DNA of 55,750 bases, the filler included, from Callorhinchus milii (taxonomy: Eukaryota), in NCBI RefSeq assembly GCF_018977255.1. It is 2 parts of 2 records of this genome, joined end to end, with 100 filler letters (N's around TTAATTAATTAA, not from the genome) between each part and the next. Parts side by side here need not be neighbours in the genome. Positions count along the whole stretch, not along the records: positions 27,947 to 55,750 come from NW_024705686.1; 1 more part is not named here. One strand, given 5' to 3'. Each line of letters starts with the position of its first letter. Position 1 is the stretch's first letter. A program made the translations under genes and the position numbers. This document shows positions 47,200-55,750 of the stretch, one piece after another. The notes beneath the pieces are model-generated. The model was not told the DNA's origin. It saw only the letters and a program-made list of their open reading frames with translations, and did not search any database.

Positions 47200-47690
47200 G
47201 ACGCCTCCATCCTGATGACGCCCGTGTTTAGATTCCCACACGGGGTAACAGCAGAGCCATGTCGAGTCTGAATGTGCTCTGGGCCTCCCCCAGGTCGACT
47301 CGGCCTGAAATGAACCCTTAAGAATGTATGGATACAAAGGCGGGCGGGAACTCTTACTCGCCACACTGCTCTTTGCCTACCACCTTAATAGGCGCTTGCT
47401 AACGGCAATTAACCGGAAGTGTACATTGTCTCGACATACGATCTTTGTTTTACGAGTGTCTGTGCGTGGTATCGGTAGCGAGTGATACGAGCATGCCACG
47501 TGCCTCCCCTAGGTTAACTCGGCCTAAAACGAGCGATGTGTGGCATTGGGAAGAAGACGTTCAAAAGCGGCCGGGCATCGTGCTGGCCACACCATCCCGT
47601 CGCATGGCATTGCGGCCTTTATAGATGCATGCAACAGCACTTGCCCCAGCGGCCTACAGAGGTTACATGGGAGGGGAGACGTTTTGTCTT
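47200..47690 (+). mobile_element. Two degenerate or partial copies of the tRNA-derived SINE
   Basis: GGGCCTCCCCCAGGTCGACTCGGCCTGAAATGA (47281) and CCTCCCCTAGGTTAACTCGGCCTAAA...GCTGGCCACACC...AACAGCACTTGCCCCAG (47503-47650). Confidence 0.75.
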
Positions 47691-47934
47691 TGTTCATGCC
47701 TGTGTGTATTAAAGATAAAAGGCGCAGCCCTGTATCTGCTCCTTTCACGCCACTGCTAACAGAAAGGCCTCCACTGCAGAGCTCACGAGACGTCGTGGAA
47801 GAGATCAGCGGACCCACCTCACCACACCCCACCTCACCTCACCAATCCCCACAACACCACACCCCACCCACCACACCACACCCCACCCACCACACCACTC
47901 CCCACCACACCCCACCCCACCTCACCTCCCACTT

Positions 47935-50375
47935 GTGGTGTGTGTTGGGTGTCTATGTGAAGGGTGTGTGTGTGTATGTTGGGTGTCTATGTGAAGGGTG
48001 TGTGTATGTTGGGTGTATATGTGAAGGGTGTGTGTGTGTGCTGGGTGTAAATGTGAAGGGTGTGTGTGTATGTTGGGCGTCTATGTAAAGGGTGTGTGTG
48101 TGTGTTGGGTGTCTATGTGAAGGGTGTGTGTGTGTATGTTGGGTGTCTATGTGAAGGGTGTGTGTGTATGCTGGGTGTACATGTGTAGGGTGTGTGTGTG
48201 TATGTTGGGCGTCTATGTAAAGGGTGTGTGTATGTTGGGTGTCTATGTGAAGGGTGTGTGTGTATGTTGGGTGTCTATGTGAGGGGTGTGTGTATGTTGG
48301 GTGTATATGTGAAGGGTGTGGTGTGTATGTTGGGTGTATATGTGTAGGGTGTGTGTGTATGTGGGTGTCTATGTGAAGGGTGTGTGTATGTTGGGTGTCT
48401 ATGTGAAGGGTGTGTATGTTGGGTGTCTATGTGAACGGTGTGTGTGTGTGTGTTGGGTGTACATCTGAAGGGTTGTGTATGTTTGTTGGGTGTCTCTATG
48501 TGAGGGGTGTGTGTGTGTGTGTGCTGGGTGTCTATGTGAAGGGTGTGTGTGTGTATGTTGGGTGTATATGTGAAGGGTGTGTGTGTGTATGTTGGGTGTA
48601 TATGTGTAGGTGTGTGTGTATGTTGGGTGTCTATGTGAAGGGTGTGTGTGAGTATGCTGGGTGTCTATGTGAAGGGTGTGTGTGTATGTTGGGTGTATAT
48701 ATGTAGGGTGTGTGTATGTTGGGTGTCTATGTGAATGGTCTGTGTGTGTGTGCTGGGTGTACAGGTGAAGGGTGTGTGTGTGTATGTTGGGAGTCTATGT
48801 GAAGGTGTGTGTGTTGGGTGTCTATGTGAAGGGTGTGTGTGTATGTTGGGTGTATATGTGAAGGGTGTGTGTGTATGTTGGGTGTCTATGTGAAGGGTGT
48901 GTGTGTATGCTGGGTGTACATGTGTAGGTGTGTGTGTGTATGTTGGGTGTCTATGTGAAGGGTGTGTGTATGTTGGATGTCTATGTGAAGGGTGTGTGTG
49001 TGTGTTGGGTGTCTATGTGAATGGTCTGTGAGTGTGTTGGGTGTCTATGTGAAGGGGTGAATGTGTGGTGTCTATGTGAAGGGTGTGTGTGATGTTTGGT
49101 GTCTATGTGAAGGGTGTGTGTATGTGGTGGGTGTCTATGTGAAGGTGTGTGTGTATGTTGGGTGTCTATGTAAACGGTGTGTGGTGTGTTGGGTGTACAT
49201 CTGAAGGGTGTGTATGTTGTGTGGGTGTCTCTATGTGAAGGGTGTGTGTGTGTATGCTGGGTGTCTATGTGAAAGGTGTGTGTGTGTGTATGTTGGGTGT
49301 ATATGTGAAGAGGGTGTGTATGTTGGGTGTACATGTGTAGGGTGTGTGTGTGTATGTTGGGTGTCTATGTGAAGGTGTGTGTGTGTATGCTGGGTGTCTA
49401 TGTGAAGGGTGTGTGTGTGTATGTTGGGTGTACATGTGTAGGTGTGTGTGTGTATGTTGGGTGTCTATGTGAAGTGTGTGTGTGTATGCTGGGTGTCTAT
49501 GTGAATGGTCTGTGTGTGTGTGCTGGGTTACATGTGAAGGGTGTGTGTGTATGTTGGGTGTCTATGTGAAGGGTGTGTGTGTTGGGTGTCTATGTGAAGG
49601 GTGTGTGTATGTTGGGTGTCTATGTGAAGGGTGTGTATGTTGGGTGTCTATGTGAAGGGTGTGTGTGTATGTTGGATGTACATGTGACAGAAGGGTGTGT
49701 GTGTGTGTGTTGGGTGTCTATGTGAAGGGTGTGTGTATGTTGGGTGTCTATGTGAAGGGTGTGTATGTTGGGTGTCTATGTGAAGGGTGTGTGTGTATGT
49801 TGGATGTACATGTGAAGGGTGTGTGTGATGTTGGGTGTATATGTGAAAGGTGTGTGTGCTGGGTGTACATGTGAAGGTGTGTGTATGTTGGGTGTCTATG
49901 TGAAGGGTGTGTGTGTGTATGTTGGGTGTCTATGTGAAGGGTGTGTGTGTATGTTGGGTGTACATGTGAAGGGTGTGTGTGTGTTGGTGTCTATGTGAAG
50001 GGTTTGTGTGTGTGTTGGGTGTATAAGTGAAGGGTGTGTGTGTTGGGTGTATATGTGAAGGGTGTGTGTGCTGGGTGTACATGTGAAGGGTGTGTGTATG
50101 TTGGGTGTCTATGTGAAGGTGTGTGTGTGTATTTTGGGTGTCTATGTGAAGGGTGTGTGTGTATGTTGGGTGTACATGTGAAGGTGTGTGTGTGTTGGGT
50201 GTATAAGTGAAGGGTGTGTGTGTGTTGGGTGTATATGTGAAGGGTGTGTGTGCTGGGTGTACATGTGAAGGGTGTGTGGTGTTGGGTGTCTATGTGAAGG
50301 GTTTGTGTGTGTGTTGGGTGTATATGTGAAGGGTGTGTGTCTATGGTGGGTGTCTATGTGAAGGGTGTGTGTATA
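47935..50375. repeat. GTTGGGTGTCTATGTGAAGG(GT)n minisatellite, ~2.4 kb
   Basis: Tandem ~28-36-bp units. Confidence 0.97.
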
Positions 50376-50384
50376 CGTGCCCTG

Positions 50385-50650
50385 TGTATGGTTTAGTTCA
50401 CTGAGACCAGAATTCGATTCCTGCTCACGACAAAACACAGTGGCGAAATATTTGAACCGGTTATGCCCTCCACACCCCCTATTTTGAGTGAGTCTCAAAT
50501 GAGTGCCTGGTGCGGTGTGTAAACGTCACCTCTCGGGAGACAAAGGCGGCCGGGCGTTGTGCTGGCCACCCACCCACCCCTCGTGTGCCGCCCTTCATAG
50601 GTGTTCGCAACAACACCTGCCCAACAATCTTTGGAAGACGATACGTTTGT
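50385..50650 (+). mobile_element. tRNA-derived SINE copy
   Basis: TTCGATTCC head remnant and AAATGAGTGCCTGGTGCGGTGTGTAAAC...GGGAGACAAAGGCGG...GCTGGCCAC body. Confidence 0.78.
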
Positions 50651-50779
50651 ATTCTATGTGTATATTTGACTATATATGTAAATTTGACTATATGTGAATT
50701 TTCGCGATAATGTCACTCTGTGTGTTGCTGTGTCTGTAAGTCGCTCGGTCAGTCTGCAGCCGCTGCGTGTCACTCGCAG

Positions 50780-51232
50780 TGTGTGTGTCAGTGTGTGTGT
50801 CAGTGTGGTGTCAGTGTGTGTGTGTGAGTGAGTGAGTGTGTCAGTGTGTGTGTCAGTGTGTGTGTGTGTGAGTGTGTCAGTGTGTGTGTCAGTGAGTGTG
50901 TCAGTGTGTGTGTATGAGTGTGTGAGTGTGTGTGTGTGTCAGTGTGTGTGTATGAGTGTGTGAGTGTGTCAGTGTGTGTGTGTCTGTGTATGAGTGTGTG
51001 AGTGTGTCAGTGTGTGTGTCAGTGTGTGTGTCAGTGTGTGTGTATGAGTGTGTGTGTGTGTGGAGGGTGTGTGTGTGTCAGTGTGTGTGGTGTCAGTGTG
51101 TGTGTGTATGAGTGTGTATGTCAGTGTGTGTGTGTGTACGAGTGTGTATGTCAGTGTATGTGTATGAGTGTGTATGTAAGTGTGTGTGTTATGTCGGTGT
51201 GTGTGTATGTCGGTGTGTGTGTGTATGTCGGA
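50780..51232. repeat. (GT)n-CAGT/ATGAGT minisatellite
   Basis: Visible. Confidence 0.9.
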
Positions 51233-51234
51233 GT

Positions 51235-54200
51235 GTAAGTAGTAGTACTAGTAGTGTAGTAGTAGTAGTAGTTGTAAGTAGTAGTAGTTTTAGTAGTAGT
51301 AGTGTTAGTAGTAGTAGTGTAGTAGTGTAGTAAGTGTTAGTAGTGTTAGTAGTAGTAGTGTAGTAGTTTAGTAGTAGTAGTGTTTAGTAGTAGTAGTAGT
51401 AGTGTAGTAGTAGTAGTAGTAGTGTAGTAGTAGTAGTATTGTTAGTAGTGTAGTGTTAGTAGTGTTAGTAGTAGTAGTTGTTAGTAGTAGTATGTAGTAG
51501 TGTAGTAGTAGTAGTGTTAGTAGTAGTATGTTAGTAGTAGTAGTGTAGTAGTAGTAGTGTTAGTAGTAGTGTTAGTAGTAGTAGTGTTAGTAGTAGTAGT
51601 GTAGTAGTAGTGTTAGTAGTAGTAGTGTTAGTAGTGTTAGTAGTGTTAGTAGTAGTAGTTGTTAGTAGTGTAGTATGTAGTAGTGTATGTAGTAGTAGTA
51701 GTGTAGTAGTAGTATAGTAGTGTAGTAGTAGTAGTAGTAGTGTAGTAGTAGTATGTTAGTAGTAGTGTAGTAGTAGTAAGTAGTGTTAGTAGTGGTAGTA
51801 GTGTTAGTAGTAGTAGTGTTAGTAGTAGTAGTGTTAGTAGTGTTAGTAGTGTTAGTAGTAGTAGTGTTAGTAGTGGTAGTGTTAGTAGTAGTAGTGTTAG
51901 TAGTAGTAGTAGTGTAGTAGTGTTAGTAGTGTTAGTAGTAGTAGTGTAGTAGTAGTGTAGTGTTAGTAGTGTTAGTAGTGTTAGTAGTAGTAGTTTAGTA
52001 GTGTTAGTAGTGTAGTAGTAGTAGTGTTAGTAGTGGTAGTTATAGTAGTGTTTAGTAGTAGTAGTGTTAGTAGTAGTATAGTAGTTAGTAGTAGTAGTGT
52101 TAGTAGTAGTAGTGTTAGTAGTGTAGTATAGTAGTGTTAGTAGTAGTATGTAGTAGTGTGTAGTAGTAGTGATAGTAGTAGTAGTGTAGTAGTAGTATAG
52201 TAGTGTAGTAGTAGTAGTAGTAGTGTAGTAGTGTTAGTAGTAGTAGTGTTAGTAGTGTAGTAGTAGTGTAGTATAGTGTAGTAGTGTTAGTTAGTAGTAG
52301 TGTTAGTAGTAGTAGTGTAGTAGTAGTAGTAGTGTGTAGTAGTAGTAGTGTGTAGTAGTAGTAGTATGTTAGTAGTGTAGTGTAGTAGTAGTTAGTAGTA
52401 GTAGTGTAGTAGTAGTAGTGTAGTAGTGTTAGTAGTGTTAGTAGTAGTAGTGTTAGTAGTAGTAGTAGTAGTAGTAGTAGTGTTAGTAGTAGTGTAGTAG
52501 TAGTAGTGTAGTAGTAGTAGTAGTAGTAGTGTTAGTATAGTAGTAGTGTTAGTAGTAGTAGTGTTAGTAGTAGTAGTGTTAGTAGTAGTAGTAGTGTTAG
52601 TAGTAGTAGTGTTAGTAATAGTAGTAGTGTTAGTAGTAGTAGTGTTAGTAGTAGTGTAGTAGTAGTGTTAGTAGTAGTGTAGTGTAGTGTTAGTAGTAGT
52701 AGTGGTTTAGTAGTAGTAGTGTTAGTAGTAGTAGTGTTAGTACTAGCAGTAGTAGTGTAGTAGTAGTATAGTAGTAGTAGTTAGAGTAGTACTGTAGTAG
52801 TAGTAGTAGTGTTAGTAGTTGTAGTAGTGTGTTAGTAGTAGTAGTAGTGTTAGTAGTATGTATAGTAGTACGTAGTAGTGTAGTAGTAGTGTTAGTAGTA
52901 GTAGTGTTAGTAGTGTTAGGTAGTAGTGTAGTAGTAGTAGTGTAGTAGTGTTAGTAGTATTATGTAGTAGTGTAGTAAGTATTAGTGTAAGTAGTGTAGT
53001 AGTGTAGTAGTAGTGTTAGTAGTAGTAGTGTAAGTAGTGTAGTAGTATTAGTAAGTAGTGTGTAGTAGTAGTGTTAGTAGTAGTAGTGAGGTAGTGTGTA
53101 GTAGTGTTAGTAGTAGTATTGTGTTAGTAGTAGTATTGTTTGTAGTAGTATAGTAGTTGTAGTGGTAGTAGTGTTAGTGTAGTAGTTTAGTGTAGTAGTA
53201 GTATGATAGTAGTATTAGTAGTAGTGTAGTAGTAGTTAGTAGTAGTGTGTAGTAGTAGTAGTAGTTAGTAGTAGTAGTAGTGTAGTAGTAGTAGTAGTGT
53301 TAGTAGTAGTAGTAGTGTAGTAGTAGTGTTAGTAGTAGTAGTGAGTGTAGTATAGTAGTAGTAGTGTGTTAGTAGTAGTAGTGTAGTAGTAGTGTTAGTA
53401 GTAGTAGTGTAGTAGTAGTAGTAGTGTTAGTAGTAGTGTAGTAGTAGTAGTAGTTAGTAGTAGTAGTGTAGTAGTGTAGTAGTAGTAGTGTTAGTAGTAG
53501 TAGTAGTAGTAGTAGTTAGTAGTTAGTAGTAGTAGTGTTAGTAGTAGTGTTAGTAGTAGTAGTGTTAGTAGTAGTATTAGTTAGTAGTAGTGTTAGTAGT
53601 AGTAGTAGTGTAGTAGTAGTGTTAGTAGTAGTAGTAGTGTTAGTAGTAGTAGTGTTAGTAGTGATAGTAGTAGTAGTGTTAGTAGTAGTAGTAGTAGTGT
53701 AGTAGTAGTGTGTTAGTAGTAGTAGTGATAGTAGTAGTAGTGTTAGTAGTGATAGTAGTAGTGTTAGTAGTAGTAGTAGTAGTGTAGTAGTAGTAGTGTT
53801 AGTAGTAGTGTAGTAGTAGTGTTAGTAGTAGTGATAGTAGTAGTAGTGTTAGTAGTAGTGTAGTAGTGTAGTAGTAGTAGTGTAGTAGTAGTGTAGTAGT
53901 AGTGTAGTAGTAGTGATAGTAGTAGTAGTGTTAGTAGTGATAGTAGTAGTAGTAGTGTTAGTAGTAGTACTAGTAGTGTAGTAGTAGTAGTGTTAGTAGT
54001 AGTAGTGATAGTAGTAGTGTTAGTAGTAGTAGTGATAGTAGTAGTAGTAGTGATAGTAGTAGTAGTGTTAGTAGTGATAGTAGTAATAGTGTTAGAAGTG
54101 ATAGTAGTAGTAGTGATAGCAGTAGTAGTGTTAGTAGTGATAGTAGTAGTAGTGTTAGTAGTAGTAGTAGTGTTAGTAGTAGTAGTAGTGTTAGTATGAT

Positions 54201-54255
54201 AGTAGTAGTAGTGATAGTAGTAGTAGTGATAGCAGTAGTAGTGTTAGTAGTAGTA
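51235..54255. repeat. ~3-kb degenerate (TAG)n satellite
   Basis: AGT trinucleotide interrupted by GT/GTT/GAT; almost no C on the + strand. Confidence 0.98.
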
Positions 54256-55039
54256 ATTTTGGTCGCAGAGATCAGCTCAGCGCGCGCCAACTCGGGTGGA
54301 GGGGGGGCTACGGGGGGGGAGGGGTTGCGGGGGGGCTACGGGGGGGGGGCTACGGGGGGGGGGGGGGGGGGGGGGGGTTGCGGGGGGGGGCTGCGGGGGC
54401 GGCTGATTGCTTCTATTCCTCACGAGCCCAGCGGCAGGGAGGCCCAGCCGCTTAATGTGTTAATGGAGCATCCGTGAAGCGATTAGAGCCGCGGCGAGCC
54501 CCGCTCACCCCCCAGCCCCCCAGCCCAGCCCCCACCCCCAGCCCCCCTCCCCCGCCTCCCCAGCACGCACCGCCCCCCCGCGGAGCCCATCTCGGTTCAT
54601 CAGCGCCACCACTCGACGCGCCATCGCTCACCCGCGAGGGGTTTCTCTCTGGTGGGTTTTTTCTCCCCTCGCTCTCTCTGATTTTTTCCGCTTCGAACAC
54701 GCGGCCTCCCCTCCTCCTCCCTCCCCTGCCGTGTTATCCAAACACCGCAGCCGACCGCAGCGCGCTCGGGCACGCATTCCCCTCCCTCCGTCTCTCCATC
54801 TCCACCGCCACCGCCGCCAGCCACCCCTCCATCTCCCCCTCCTCCATCTCCCCCCTCCTCCATCTCCCCCCTCCTCCATCTCCCCTCCTCCATCTCCCGC
54901 TGCTGCTCTGCTGCCGCCGCCGCCGCCGCCGCCGACTCCTAAATCTGTCGCTAATCACCGCGCCGCGCCACCCGCCCGCACGCGCCGCGTGGAGCGATCG
55001 CGCGCGTCAAGGCCCGGCGCGGACACGCGGACACGCACG

Positions 55040-55750
55040 CGGACACACACCCACCGACATACACACACACACACACTCCATACACACTGGCATTCATACA
55101 CACACACATACACACTCTTATACACACACATACTCATATACACACTCATACACACACTGACACACACACACTGATAAACACACCCACACTCACATACACA
55201 CACATACACACACTGACATACACACTCATATACACACACTCACACACACTAACACACACTCATACACTCATTCACACACATAGACACACACACTCATGCA
55301 CACCGACATACATACACACACACTGACATATACACACACACTGACATACACACAGACATACACACAGACATACACACACACATCCATACACACACACACT
55401 CCATACACACACACTCATACACACACTCACACACTAACATACACACACACACTAACATACACACACACACTCCATACACACACACTTATACACACACACT
55501 GACATACACACTCATATACACACACACACTGACACACACACCGACACACACACACTCATACACACATACACACACTGACACACACACTCATACACACACA
55601 CACTGACACACACACTAACATACACACACATACTCCATACACACACACTTATACACACACCTGACATACACACTCATATACACACACACACTGACACACA
55701 CACTGACACACACACACTCATACACACACACTCATACACAATGACACACA
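55040..55750. repeat. (CA)n-CTGA/CTCATA minisatellite
   Basis: Visible; reverse-complement type of 50780-51232. Confidence 0.92.

Noticed and set aside
44290..50375. Regular repeats with variable spacers resembling CRISPR arrays
   Set aside because: The spacers are just (GT)n length variants, there are no cas genes and the context is eukaryotic.
32377..50650. All seven SINE copies lie on the + strand
   Set aside because: Several are tandem neighbours and not independent; the sample is too small.

Overview
This is eukaryotic, vertebrate-type genomic DNA. GC-rich exons, heavy simple-repeat load and SINE content suggest a lamprey-like genome (inference). The assembly looks unpolished, with single-base deletions in most conserved exons. 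From left to right: a 36-bp minisatellite; a CpG promoter followed by a frameshifted TM + coiled-coil ORF; a 30-N gap; and a 7.4-kb block (2087-9526) that looks statistically random and does not fit its right junction, so it is probably non-native or shuffled. Next come a young full-length Gypsy LTR retrotransposon (+, 9527-16177), one orphan HELQ helicase exon, and a second Gypsy element (-, 17071-24566) with a 4-bp TSD but two strongly dissimilar LTRs. A dispersed repeat family carries a minimal type I hammerhead ribozyme linked to a tRNA-like module. After a 100-nt gap containing a TTAATTAATTAA linker lie the last six coding exons of a CtBP gene (+) with tRNA-derived SINEs, a convergent ZBTB39-like C2H2 zinc-finger gene (-), and about 11 kb of mini/microsatellites. 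The best candidates for novel biology are the hammerhead + tRNA-like retroelement and the asymmetric-LTR Gypsy element. I found no interpretable system in the random-looking block. All alignments and counts were done by eye, with no database searches.
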